Shown: positions 20,016 to 29,640, counted from the stretch's first letter. The stretch: 64,000 nt of DNA from Candidatus Falkowbacteria bacterium (GCA_013336275.1 JAAXUA010000001.1:78167-142166); one strand, 5' to 3'. A program made the numbers and translations. Notes: generated from the letters alone by a model not told the origin.

Positions 20016-21230
20016 CTAGCAATTTTCTGAAAACTTCTGGTGGTCAGCCCAGTGCCTGATCATCTGTTTTTCTGCGGCAGTGGGCAATTCTCCTGTTGCG
20101 GCAGCTTCTGCTGATGCGTTTATCCTGTCAGCTTCATCGAGTTCGAATTCAAGCCATAGGGCAGCTAGGTAGGGAATGATTTTTCCTGCCTCAACCTGCG
20201 TCCTGATTTCGTTGAATTTTTTTGCAAAGGTGCTAGGACCGCCGCGGTAGCTGCGTCCTCGGCTCTTCATGGCCTGTTTGATGTCGGCCAGCTTAATGAC
20301 TTGGGCCATAACGGCGAAGCGGTTGCTCAGGACTAGCGATGTGGTCGAAGCAGGATATTGTTTCACGAGCTCACTGATGCCGCTGTGATGACTTTCGGCC
20401 AGTCGAGCTGCGAGCTCGTACTCGGGGTCATTCTTACCGATGGCGCGGATAATGTTTCCGGTACGCTGCTCGTGGGCGGCCATGGTTTCGGCAAAAGATT
20501 TTTCAGGCGGAAAGCCTTTGGCAGACAGTTCCTTGACCTGTTCAGGGGAGAGGATGAGCTTAACAGGCACAAGATCATTATATTTTCTCTTATCATCCTT
20601 GGCTATGCTATCTTCGACGTACCGGAGCATGGACGGCTGTTCAAGGAAGACTTCGGTTGGGATGTCTAGGTTGTGCCGGTCGGCGTAGAGTCCCAGCATG
20701 CGCTGCTGCTCAGGGAAGGGCATGTTCTTAAAGGCGACTTCCCAGCCTTGCTCATCCAGTCTGTTGTCGGTAACGAAGTTGGGAATTTCCAGTTTGCCCA
20801 AGTCGTGCATGACGGCACCCTTGTCGAGGGGGCGCAGATTGTGATTAGGCAATTCTTCAAGAATCAGATCGATCAGACGGCGCCCGTCGGGCAGAGTTAT
20901 GGCATTTATGGCACGCCGCAATTCTTCGTGGGTATGGATCGAATGATCGAAAGACTCGGGATGAAGCAGCTTGAGTAGGGCAAGCGCTTCATAATCTTTT
21001 TCGTCCAGGAATTCGGCGAGATGCTGCTCTTTATCATAAGCGGCCTTGATCTTTTCGACTTCGTATTGAACCAGGACGTTCAGGCGCAGGTTATTGCCCA
21101 AGACTTCGGCCATGTGGTTGTAGTCGCCTGAGCGTACTAGCTGGTCCAGCTCCTCTCGGTCGCTGAAGCTGGCATTGTTGACTCCGGCGCTGTTTTGATT
21201 GAGTGTGTATGGTTCTTCAGGATTGTGCAT
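20016..21230 (-). CDS. HD-GYP-like phosphohydrolase with large insertion
   Basis: FDHS, MHDLGKLEIP, AHE, ESHH, KLADIKQAMKSRGRSYR; GYP appears as QYP. Confidence 0.72.
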   Translation of the reverse strand: MHNPEEPYTLNQNSAGVNNASFSDREELDQLVRSGDYNHMAEVLGNNLRLNVLVQYEVEKIKAAYDKEQHLAEFLDEKDYEALALLKLLHPESFDHSIHTHEELRRAINAITLPDGRRLIDLILEELPNHNLRPLDKGAVMHDLGKLEIPNFVTDNRLDEQGWEVAFKNMPFPEQQRMLGLYADRHNLDIPTEVFLEQPSMLRYVEDSIAKDDKRKYNDLVPVKLILSPEQVKELSAKGFPPEKSFAETMAAHEQRTGNIIRAIGKNDPEYELAARLAESHHSGISELVKQYPASTTSLVLSNRFAVMAQVIKLADIKQAMKSRGRSYRGGPSTFAKKFNEIRTQVEAGKIIPYLAALWLEFELDEADRINASAEAAATGELPTAAEKQMIRHWADHQKFSENC

Positions 21231-21325
21231 GTGGGTTTATTTAAGCTAATTGTAGCACAGTTCGTAAAAGAATAAAGCCCTTGCAAAAGATGCAAGGGCT
21301 TAGCCGGGTGCAGCGCTCAGGCTGC

Positions 21326-21589
21326 CTAAGGAAAGAAATCTTGGTGGAGCTGTTCGATGCCAGCAATGGTTTTGGCAGGGTCTGCCAAGTGGACTTCGAT
21401 CTGTTCAAGCAGTTTCTCGATAATTTCCTGGTCTTGCCGCAGGGAAGCGGCAGCGATGATTTTGGAAATATCATGAGAGGGGTCGTGGGGCAGTTGTGTC
21501 CGCAGGTCATAGCCGTCGGTTACCGCTTTGGCGATGCGAGCTTTAAGCTCTTTGGGTAGCTGATTCAAAAAATCGCTTCCAAGATTCAT
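21326..21589 (-). CDS. Hypothetical 87-aa protein (SD/boxA cassette class)
   Basis: SD GGGAGGT upstream; TTGACA(21699)-17-TAACTT promoter; terminator hairpin 21275-21301. Confidence 0.7.
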   Translation of the reverse strand: MNLGSDFLNQLPKELKARIAKAVTDGYDLRTQLPHDPSHDISKIIAAASLRQDQEIIEKLLEQIEVHLADPAKTIAGIEQLHQDFFP

Positions 21590-21867
21590 GTTATTTACCT
21601 CCCGTATCGAAAGTATTGAGTAATGTGCGGTTTTTTTTGTTTAAACTTATTCGGTACAGGAGGATTAATCAAGTTAACATGATATGCCATTTTTGTCAAT
21701 CACTAGATATCATTTTGCTATTATTAGTTAAAATATAGCAAAGTGAAATAATATATTGACAAAAATATGAAAATGTGCTATTTTATAAGTTATTGCATTA
21801 GTATGCACGTCCATTATCAACTCTAATCTTAGAGAAAAAACACATTCTACATAGAAAGGGAGACGCC

Positions 21868-22542
21868 ATGGAAAGAGAACGCCAAGTTTCGCAAGAAGAT
21901 GAAGTCAAACTCTTAAGACGTAAAGCCTACAAGCTTGAAGGCGAATTGGCCCAAATGGCCCGCTTCCTCGAAGAGGAACAAGAAAGGTTCAGGCAGCTGA
22001 AGCGCGAAAACTTGAGGTTGGCCGAACTCTCCATGTTCAGCCCGATTTGTCCCAACCTCTACAACAAGCGTTTTTTCGATCAGGAAGCACCTAGGCTGCT
22101 TGAGATGGAACGGCGCTTCGGTAACGGCAAGGGCTGTTATTATGGCGTTGTCTATGCCGACCTTAACCACCTCGCGCGGGTCAATGCCGAATACGGCCAT
22201 GATGGCGGTAATCGGGCGATCTGTTCGATCGGTAAAACTCTGATGCAGACCGTGCGTCGCAGCGATTTGGCTATCCACATCCACGGAGATGAGTTCGTCG
22301 TCCTGTTTTTCGCTTCCAGCTGGCGCGAGTGTTACAAGACTTATGCCCGCATTTCGCGCGCGCTCAGAAGAGTGCCCGTCACCTTCCATGACGGGTTGAT
22401 CGATCACGTCAGTGCCATGACCGCCTTAGCGATGCAGAAAATCGACGACGATATCAGCTTGGCTGATGTGTGCCACAAGGCCGATATGCGTATGTTGCGC
22501 AAGAAGGAGGTTCGCGACAAGGGTGAGGAAAAAAAGCCTTAA
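21868..22542 (+). CDS. Coiled-coil plus degenerate GGDEF-domain protein (HGDEF, intact RxxD I-site)
   Basis: LYNKRFF, YADLNHLARVNAEYGHDGGN, RRSD-x5-HGDEF, KADMRM; SD AAAGGGAG. Confidence 0.85.
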   Translation: MERERQVSQEDEVKLLRRKAYKLEGELAQMARFLEEEQERFRQLKRENLRLAELSMFSPICPNLYNKRFFDQEAPRLLEMERRFGNGKGCYYGVVYADLNHLARVNAEYGHDGGNRAICSIGKTLMQTVRRSDLAIHIHGDEFVVLFFASSWRECYKTYARISRALRRVPVTFHDGLIDHVSAMTALAMQKIDDDISLADVCHKADMRMLRKKEVRDKGEEKKP

Positions 22543-22563
22543 ACTATGTAGTTTGGTGAAATC

Positions 22564-22592
22564 GGGGCCCATCTTAAGTGATGGGCCCCTTT
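22564..22592 (+). terminator. Intrinsic terminator after the GGDEF gene
   Basis: ggggcccatc-ttaagt-gatgggcccc followed by ttt. Confidence 0.75.
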
Positions 22593-22775
22593 AATTTACC
22601 TAATATTAAGGTGATTTTTTGTTTAGTTGTCAATAAACCCCATTATTTCGGGCTTTGTGCATAAGTTGCCTTGCTTTTTTCATTAATAGCCCTTAAAATA
22701 TATGTAAGTTTTGTTAATTTTTCGAACCCCTTAGGCGCTGATGAAAATAGGTGAGTAAGGAGTTTAATTTTTTTT

Positions 22776-24857
22776 ATGCCAAACATCTTCCAATCCATGT
22801 TCCTGTCTGGCGGACGGGCCAAGGTCTGGCGAATTTTTTCGCTGGTCATTCTGCTCCTGATCGTCGGTCTCCTGATCGTCGGCGGCGGTTATTACAACCG
22901 CGGTGCCGATTGGATCGCTTCCAAAACCGGCCAAGCCGTCAAACTGCCAACTGTCAAAGAAACTCCTTTCCGTCTCGGATTGGACCTTTTGGGCGGCACC
23001 CAGCTGATCTATCAAGCTGACGTCTCGGCAGTTCCGGGCAAGGATCAGCCATCAGCCGTCGAAGGCGTCCGCGACGTCATCGAGCGCCGCGTCAATGTTT
23101 TCGGCGTCGCCGAACCGAACGTCCAGACCAATCTCTCTGCCGGAAAATATTACGTCATGGTGGAACTGGCCGGCATCAAAGACACCGCCCAGGCGATCAA
23201 GATGATCGGCGAGACCCCGCTCCTCGAGTTCAAGGAGCAGAATACGGAAAAGCGCCAATTGACAGCCGAAGAGAAGAAAGGCATGGACGCTTTCAATAAG
23301 TCAGCTAGCAAGAAGGCTGAAGAAGTTTTGGGCAAGGTCCTGTCGAACGGCGATTTCGCCGCTTTGGCCAACCAATACAGCGACGACCCGGCCAATGTCG
23401 ATTCTTCCGGGAACAAGAAGGGCGGAGAGCTTGGCTGGATCAGCGAACAGGATAATCCTGAGCTGTTCAAGCTGGCCCAGAAGGTGCCGGTCGGCAAGAC
23501 CTCGACCGAGCTGTCCAAGACCAGCATCGGTTATCAGCTGATCAAGAACGAGGAGAAGCGCACCAAGACTGACCCGTTCAATAACCAGCCGCAAATGGAG
23601 GTCAAGGCATCGCATTTATTGATCTGCTATAAGGATGTTTCAGGCTGCGAAAGCGGTTTGGATAAGGAAGCGGCCAAGGCCAAGATCGAACAGCTCAAGT
23701 CCAAGGCCAATAAAGATAATTTTGCCCAGTTGGTCAAAGAGAATTCGACCGAACCGGGCGCACGTGACCGGGCTGGCGACTTAGGCTGGTTCGGACGCGG
23801 CAAGATGGTCAAGGTTTTTGAAGATGCCGCTTTCTCCCAGAAGGTCGGAACCATAGAAGGTCCGATCGAATCCGAGTTCGGCTATCATCTTATATATAAG
23901 CAAGCGGAGAGGAAAATCGACGAGTATCGCATCCGCAATATCTTGATCAAGACCCAGAGCGAGTCCGATATCGTCGGAGACCAGAGCGACTGGAAGAATA
24001 CCGAGCTGACCGGCAAGTACATGAAGCGCGCTTCGGTTGAATTCGACCCGAATGATAATTCGCCCACCGTTGCGCTGGAATTCGACCAGCAAGGCGGAGA
24101 ACTGTTCGCCGCTATCACCAAGCGCAATGTCGGCAAACGGGTCGCCATTTTCTTGGACGGCCTCTCGATCAGCGAGCCGACCGTCAATGAAGAGATCACC
24201 GGCGGCAAAGCCGTCATCAGCGGCAAATTCGACATCAAGGAAGCCAAGCTTTTGTCCCAGCGCTTGAACGCCGGCGCGTTGCCGGTGCCGATCACTTTGG
24301 TCAATCAGCAGTCGGTCGGCGCCACCTTGGGTCAGCAGTCGGTTAACGCCAGCTTTCGTGCAGGCTTGATTGGCTTCGCCCTCGTCGCTTTGTTCATGAT
24401 TTTGTTTTATCGTTTTCCAGGCGTGCTGGCTGTCGGCGCCCTGGCTATCTATAGCGTTCTAGTATTGGCCATCTTCAAGCTTTGGCCGGTCACAGTCACC
24501 TTGTCCGGCATTGCCGGCTTCATCATGTCGATCGGTATGGCCGTCGACGCCAATGTTTTGATCTTCGCCCGCTTGAAAGAAGAATTGGCATTCGGCAAGC
24601 CTTTCGGCGCCGCCTTGGAAGAAGCCTTCCGCCGGGCCTGGCCGTCGATCCGCGACTCTAACGCCTCGACCCTAATCACCTGCTTCATCCTGATCCAATT
24701 CTCGACTAGCGTGGTCAAGGGCTTCGCCATTACCCTGGCAATCGGTGTCCTAGTGTCGATGTTCACGGCCATCTTCATCACTCGAAATTTCTTAAAGCTC
24801 ATTCCCGAATCTTGGCTTGAAAAGCGGCCGTGGTTAGTGGGCGTAAATAAGCATTAA
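22776..24857 (+). CDS. secD: Protein translocase subunit SecD with inserted parvulin PPIase domains
   Basis: LGLDLLGG, IERRVNVFGVAEP, LNAGALPVP, GMAVDANVLIF; insert contains ASHLLI, GDLGWF and ESEFGYHLI. Confidence 0.95.
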   Translation: MPNIFQSMFLSGGRAKVWRIFSLVILLLIVGLLIVGGGYYNRGADWIASKTGQAVKLPTVKETPFRLGLDLLGGTQLIYQADVSAVPGKDQPSAVEGVRDVIERRVNVFGVAEPNVQTNLSAGKYYVMVELAGIKDTAQAIKMIGETPLLEFKEQNTEKRQLTAEEKKGMDAFNKSASKKAEEVLGKVLSNGDFAALANQYSDDPANVDSSGNKKGGELGWISEQDNPELFKLAQKVPVGKTSTELSKTSIGYQLIKNEEKRTKTDPFNNQPQMEVKASHLLICYKDVSGCESGLDKEAAKAKIEQLKSKANKDNFAQLVKENSTEPGARDRAGDLGWFGRGKMVKVFEDAAFSQKVGTIEGPIESEFGYHLIYKQAERKIDEYRIRNILIKTQSESDIVGDQSDWKNTELTGKYMKRASVEFDPNDNSPTVALEFDQQGGELFAAITKRNVGKRVAIFLDGLSISEPTVNEEITGGKAVISGKFDIKEAKLLSQRLNAGALPVPITLVNQQSVGATLGQQSVNASFRAGLIGFALVALFMILFYRFPGVLAVGALAIYSVLVLAIFKLWPVTVTLSGIAGFIMSIGMAVDANVLIFARLKEELAFGKPFGAALEEAFRRAWPSIRDSNASTLITCFILIQFSTSVVKGFAITLAIGVLVSMFTAIFITRNFLKLIPESWLEKRPWLVGVNKH

Positions 24858-24867
24858 TTTCCTACCT

Positions 24868-25800
24868 ATGACCAATTACAACATTATCGGAAAACGCGGC
24901 ATCTGGCTCTGGATTTCGGGCATCCTGTTCGTCGTCTTCGGCCTGGCGCTAATCCTTTGGCGTTTCAAGTTCGGTATCGATTTCACTGGCGGCAGCTTGC
25001 TTGAAGTCAAGTTCGCCAAGGAGCGCCCGGGAGTAAGCGAAGTGCAGACCGCCTTGGCCGACGACAAGTCTGTCGGCAATCTGGGCAGTTTGATCGTCCA
25101 GCCGGTCGGCAATCAGGACATGATCATCCGTTTCCAGGAATCGAGCGAGGAGAAGCATCTCGCGGTCGTAAACAGCCTGACCAAGCTGGCCCAGTCCAAG
25201 ACCAAAGACAACACTGTAGAGGAGCTGCGTTTCGATTCGGTCGGTCCTTCGATCGGCCAGGAACTGAAGCAGAAATCGGTCAATGCCATCTTTTTCGTAC
25301 TCTTAGCGATCCTATTCTATATCAGCTACGCTTTCCGCAAAGTCTCGAAGCCGATTGCTTCCTGGAAATACGGCATGGCCGCTTTGATCGCTCTATTTCA
25401 TGACGCGATTATCACTATGGGCGTCTTCTCGGTTCTGGGGAAGTTCTATGGCATGGAGATAAACACGACCTTCGTTGCCGCCATCCTCACGGTCATCGGC
25501 TATTCGGTCCATGATACCATCGTCGTTTTTGATCGCATCCGTGAAAACCTGCCCAAGAGCCACCTCGATTTCGAGGGTACCGTCAACATGAGCCTCAATC
25601 AGACATTAGTCCGCTCGATCAACACTTCTTTGACCGTATTGCTGACCCTGGTGGCTATCACCGTCTTCGGCGGCGCTTCGATCAGGGCCTTCGCTCTGGC
25701 ACTGACCATCGGCATCGCAATCGGAACCTATTCCTCGATCTTCGTCGCCTCGCCGATGCTGGTCGTTTGGGAGAAGTGGAGACAGAAAAAGGCACATTAA
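24868..25800 (+). CDS. secF: Protein translocase subunit SecF
   Basis: GIDFTGGS, VGPSIGQEL, HD, GYSVHDTIVVFDRIRE, GTYSSIFVA. Confidence 0.96.
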   Translation: MTNYNIIGKRGIWLWISGILFVVFGLALILWRFKFGIDFTGGSLLEVKFAKERPGVSEVQTALADDKSVGNLGSLIVQPVGNQDMIIRFQESSEEKHLAVVNSLTKLAQSKTKDNTVEELRFDSVGPSIGQELKQKSVNAIFFVLLAILFYISYAFRKVSKPIASWKYGMAALIALFHDAIITMGVFSVLGKFYGMEINTTFVAAILTVIGYSVHDTIVVFDRIRENLPKSHLDFEGTVNMSLNQTLVRSINTSLTVLLTLVAITVFGGASIRAFALALTIGIAIGTYSSIFVASPMLVVWEKWRQKKAH

Positions 25801-25822
25801 TATAAGGCAAAGGAGGTTTCAG

Positions 25823-26053
25823 GTGAGCCCATTCTTCCAGAAGAAGCACAAGATGCACCCCAGCACCAAGAAGAGCGTGCTGATCAACTCCTTGCAGGGT
25901 CTTGCAAGCCTGCGGCTTGATCGGCAGCACTACACCCACTACACTATTCAGGAGCTCGCTCGAGAGCTCGAACGCGCAAGGGAGTCGCAAATCAACGGAG
26001 TGGAATACGATTTTGTCTACCGGAAGGAAAAACCGCCGAAAAATACGATTTAG
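25823..26053 (+). CDS. Hypothetical basic 76-aa protein (SD/boxA cassette class)
   Basis: AAGGAGGT then GTG start; terminator tagagggaga-ttt-tctccctcta plus T tract at 26051-26081. Confidence 0.65.
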   Translation: MSPFFQKKHKMHPSTKKSVLINSLQGLASLRLDRQHYTHYTIQELARELERARESQINGVEYDFVYRKEKPPKNTI

Positions 26054-26211
26054 AGGGAGATTTTCTCCCTCTATTTTTTTTGACAACAAGGCCCTGAATA
26101 AGCTAAGATATATCCATCAAACAAGCTTGAACAAGCCTTTATTTTGGTCATGGAACATGAATTCCTGACCATGCAAAAAGCCGCTGGCTTTTTTATAATT
26201 TGGTCAAATAC

Positions 26212-27450
26212 ATGCGACAATCAAAATTCTTTACTAAGGTAAGCCGAGACTTGCCTAAGGATGAGGAAAGCTACAATGCCCAGGTCCTGATCAGGGCAGG
26301 TTTCATCGACAAGGTCGGTGCAGGTATCTATACTATCCTGCCCCTGGGCTTGCGCGTTTTGTCGAAGATAAACCTGATTATCCGCGAGGAGATGGACCGG
26401 ATTGGCGGGCAAGAACTCTTGATGCCTGGACTGAATCCCAAAGAAGTCTGGCAGGCAACCGGACGCTGGGAAGGTTTTGATGCCTTGTTCAAGCTGAAAG
26501 GCTCTGATAGCAAGGAATACGCATTGGGCGCAACGCATGAAGAAATCGTCACGCCATTGGCTAAGAAACACATCTTCTCTTACAAGGAACTGCCGGTATA
26601 CCTCTATCAGATCCAGACCAAGTTCCGCAACGAGAAGCGCGCTAAGGCCGGCCTGATCCGCGGCCGTGAATTCTTGATGAAGGATCTCTACTCGTTCCAT
26701 ACCGACGAGGACGACCTGAGCCGTTTTTACAAGCTAGCGCAGAAAGCCTATTTCAAGGTCTTCGAGCGCTGCGGCCTGCTCGACGTGACTTATCTCACTT
26801 TCGCCTCCGGCGGCGCATTTTCAAAATATTCGCATGAATATCAGACAGTCACTGAAGCGGGCGAAGATACGATCCATATCTGCGACGATTGCCAGATCGC
26901 TATCAATCAGGAAATTATCGAGGAACAGCCGGGCTGCCCTAATTGCGAGCGCACTGATCTGCGCCAGGCCAAGGCGGTCGAAGTCGGCAACATCTTCAAG
27001 CTGAGGACCAAGTTCTCGAAAGCTTGCGGTCTGACTTACAAGGATGCCGAGGGCGAACAGCGCCTGGTCGAGATGGGTTGCTATGGCATCGGCCCGACCA
27101 GGGTCATGGGCACGATCGTCGAGGTCCATCATGACGACCGGGGAGTAATCTGGCCGGAGACCGTGGCACCGTTCAAGCTCCACCTCATCAGCCTGAACCA
27201 GGCCAAAGTCGCCGAAGAGATCTATGAAACTCTTTTGGAGAGAGGCGTCGAGGTATTGTTCGACGATCGCGACATTTCGGCTGGCGAGAAATTCGCCGAG
27301 GCCGACCTGATCGGCTGCCCCTTCCGCGCGGTCGTCAGCGAGAAGACCTTGGCTCAGGGAGACAAGGTCGAGGTCAAGCGCCGCAAAAACGGCACGGCCG
27401 AGCTGGTGAGCATCAGCCGCCTTTTGGACATGATGAGCGTAAAGAAATAA
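26212..27450 (+). CDS. proS: Prolyl-tRNA synthetase (short form, no INS editing domain)
   Basis: MRQS, RAGFI, THEE, QTKFRNEKR..GLIRGREFLMKD, EVGNIFKL, MGCYGIG, anticodon-binding domain. Confidence 0.95.
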   Translation: MRQSKFFTKVSRDLPKDEESYNAQVLIRAGFIDKVGAGIYTILPLGLRVLSKINLIIREEMDRIGGQELLMPGLNPKEVWQATGRWEGFDALFKLKGSDSKEYALGATHEEIVTPLAKKHIFSYKELPVYLYQIQTKFRNEKRAKAGLIRGREFLMKDLYSFHTDEDDLSRFYKLAQKAYFKVFERCGLLDVTYLTFASGGAFSKYSHEYQTVTEAGEDTIHICDDCQIAINQEIIEEQPGCPNCERTDLRQAKAVEVGNIFKLRTKFSKACGLTYKDAEGEQRLVEMGCYGIGPTRVMGTIVEVHHDDRGVIWPETVAPFKLHLISLNQAKVAEEIYETLLERGVEVLFDDRDISAGEKFAEADLIGCPFRAVVSEKTLAQGDKVEVKRRKNGTAELVSISRLLDMMSVKK

Positions 27451-27454
27451 TCGG

Positions 27455-27790
27455 ATGAACCAGCCGACGATCCAGGAAATCACCGACGAAATCATGGCTT
27501 TGGCCAGGGACAAGAGTTGGGGAACCGAGCCGGAAGATGTCAATCTGCCAGAAAAATTCGCTTTGCTCCACAGCGAAGTGAGCGAGGCCTATGAAGCCTT
27601 CCGCCGCGATAACTTCGACGGCAAGGACGGCGTCTCGGAAGAGTTGGCGGACATCGCCATCCGTCTGCTGCATCTGTCTGTGATATTCAAAGTTGATTTG
27701 GCTGGCGAGATCGCCAAGAAGATCGAACGGAACCGCTCGCGCGAATGGAATCATAAGAACGAAACATTATCAAACAAGAATGCTAAATAG
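27455..27790 (+). CDS. MazG-like nucleotide pyrophosphohydrolase
   Basis: LLHSEVSEAYEA ... EELADIAIR motif. Confidence 0.85.
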   Translation: MNQPTIQEITDEIMALARDKSWGTEPEDVNLPEKFALLHSEVSEAYEAFRRDNFDGKDGVSEELADIAIRLLHLSVIFKVDLAGEIAKKIERNRSREWNHKNETLSNKNAK

Positions 27791-28823
27791 ATTTTTCGGA
27801 AAATTCAGCCACGACTTGGGCATCGATCTGGGGACCAAGAACACCCTGGTCTATGTCCAAGACAAGGGCATTGTCATAAACGAGCCGACTGTCGTCGCCG
27901 TCAACGTCCGTACCGACGAGATCTTGGCGATCGGCGAAGAGGCGAAAAAAATGATCGGCAAGACACCGGCGCACATCCAAGCGATCAAGCCGTTGGTTGA
28001 CGGCGTCATCTCGGATTTCGAGGTGACGGAAAAGATGCTCAAGTATTTCATCGATAAGGCGCACGAGGGCGGTTTCGCCCTGTCGCCGCGTCCGCGCGTG
28101 ATCATCGGTATCCCGCTGGACATCACAGAAGTGGAAAAGAAGGCGGTGGAAGACGCGGCCAAATCGGCCGGCGCCCGCAAAGTCTTCCTGATCGAGGAGT
28201 CGATGGCCTCAGCCATCGGGGCCCGCCTGCCCGTAACCGATCCTCGGGCGACCATGGTGGTCGATATCGGCGGGGGCACGACCGAAATCGCGGTCATCTC
28301 CCTGGGCGGCGTCGTCACCTACAAATCCTTGCGTTTGGCAGGCAACGAGCTCGACAACAATATCATCCAGTATATCCGGGAAGAATTCAATCTCCTGATC
28401 GGCGAGCAGGTGGCGGAGAACATCAAGATCCGCATCGGTTCGGCGATTCCGTTGCGCGAGCCGATGGATATGGATGTGCGCGGGCGCGACTTGATCAACG
28501 GATTGCCGCGCAACATCGTCATTAATGATATGCAGGTGCGCGAGACGATCGGCCGCAGCCTGCGTCAGATAATCGAAAATATCAAGATCACTTTGGAAGC
28601 CACCCCGCCGGAGCTGGTGGCGGATATCTACGAGCACGGCATCGTCCTGACGGGCGGTGGCGCCTTGCTGCGCGGGCTGGATAAGGCTATCGCCCAGGAA
28701 ACCAAAATACCGGTGCGGGTCGCCGATGATCCGCTGATCTGCCTGGTGAAGGGAACAGGCATCCTCTTGTCTGACCCGGAGCTTTTGGCCAAGGTCAGTT
28801 CACAGCCGGCCGATGAGCTGTAA
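27780..28823 (+). CDS. mreB: Rod shape-determining protein MreB
   Basis: GIDLGT, DIGGGTTE, LTGGGALL; ATG at 27780. Confidence 0.96.
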   Translation: MLNRFFGKFSHDLGIDLGTKNTLVYVQDKGIVINEPTVVAVNVRTDEILAIGEEAKKMIGKTPAHIQAIKPLVDGVISDFEVTEKMLKYFIDKAHEGGFALSPRPRVIIGIPLDITEVEKKAVEDAAKSAGARKVFLIEESMASAIGARLPVTDPRATMVVDIGGGTTEIAVISLGGVVTYKSLRLAGNELDNNIIQYIREEFNLLIGEQVAENIKIRIGSAIPLREPMDMDVRGRDLINGLPRNIVINDMQVRETIGRSLRQIIENIKITLEATPPELVADIYEHGIVLTGGGALLRGLDKAIAQETKIPVRVADDPLICLVKGTGILLSDPELLAKVSSQPADEL

Positions 28824-28831
28824 GATTACGT

Positions 28832-29635
28832 ATGAAAAAAGTCAATTGGAAAAGAGTCGGTTATTTCGGGGCAGTTATCGGGCTGCTTATTTTTTTGCAT
28901 TATCTCAAAGTCTTGGCTCCGCTCGAATCCCGCCTGCATTCAGCGCTTAATCCGGTTCTGGGGCGATTCTACGCGGCCGGGGCCAAGGTCCGCTTGCTTT
29001 ACAATTCCCAGACTGATCGGCGCGACTTGGCGAGCGCGGCAGAAGAACTGACGCACCGGGTGAATCGGTTGACCGAGGAGAACGCCCGGTTGAAGGCTTT
29101 GGAAAATGAAAATGAGACCTTGCGGGAGTTCCTGAAATTCAAGAACAACAACGGCCGCAAGACCGTCCTCGCCGCCATCATCGGCAAGAGCGATCTGGAT
29201 CAGGCCAATCAGACGGTCATGCTTGATCGCGGCAGCAAAGACGGACTCGCCCTAGGCCTGGCCGTACTGAACGAGGACGGCCACATCTTCGGCAAGGTCA
29301 TCGACACCACCGAAAACAGCGCCCAGGTCTGTCTCGTCACTTCCAGCCAATGCCAGTTCGCTGTCGCGATACAGAACAAGAGCAGGACCATCGGCATCGC
29401 CAAAGGCGACCTCGGATTGACCGTCAAGATGGAGCTGATACCGCAAAGCGAAGTGATCAAGAACGGCAACGTCGTAGTGACCTCCGGCTTGGAGCGCAAC
29501 ATCCCTGGCGGCATCGTCGTCGGCAGCGTGAGCCAGGTAATCAAGGAAAATAATGAATTATGGCAGGACGCCAGAATCGAGCCGATGATCGGCATCGATG
29601 ATACGATGATCGTTTCGGTTTTATTATCCAAATAA
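28832..29635 (+). CDS. mreC: Rod shape-determining protein MreC
   Basis: TM plus coiled coil (ENETLR), DRGSKDG, VVTSGL; synteny. Confidence 0.92.
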   Translation: MKKVNWKRVGYFGAVIGLLIFLHYLKVLAPLESRLHSALNPVLGRFYAAGAKVRLLYNSQTDRRDLASAAEELTHRVNRLTEENARLKALENENETLREFLKFKNNNGRKTVLAAIIGKSDLDQANQTVMLDRGSKDGLALGLAVLNEDGHIFGKVIDTTENSAQVCLVTSSQCQFAVAIQNKSRTIGIAKGDLGLTVKMELIPQSEVIKNGNVVVTSGLERNIPGGIVVGSVSQVIKENNELWQDARIEPMIGIDDTMIVSVLLSK

Positions 29636-29640
29636 CCGTC

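Noticed and set aside
21281..21559. Plus-strand 92-aa ORF
   Set aside because: Antisense to the 87-aa minus-strand ORF, which has the promoter, SD and terminator.
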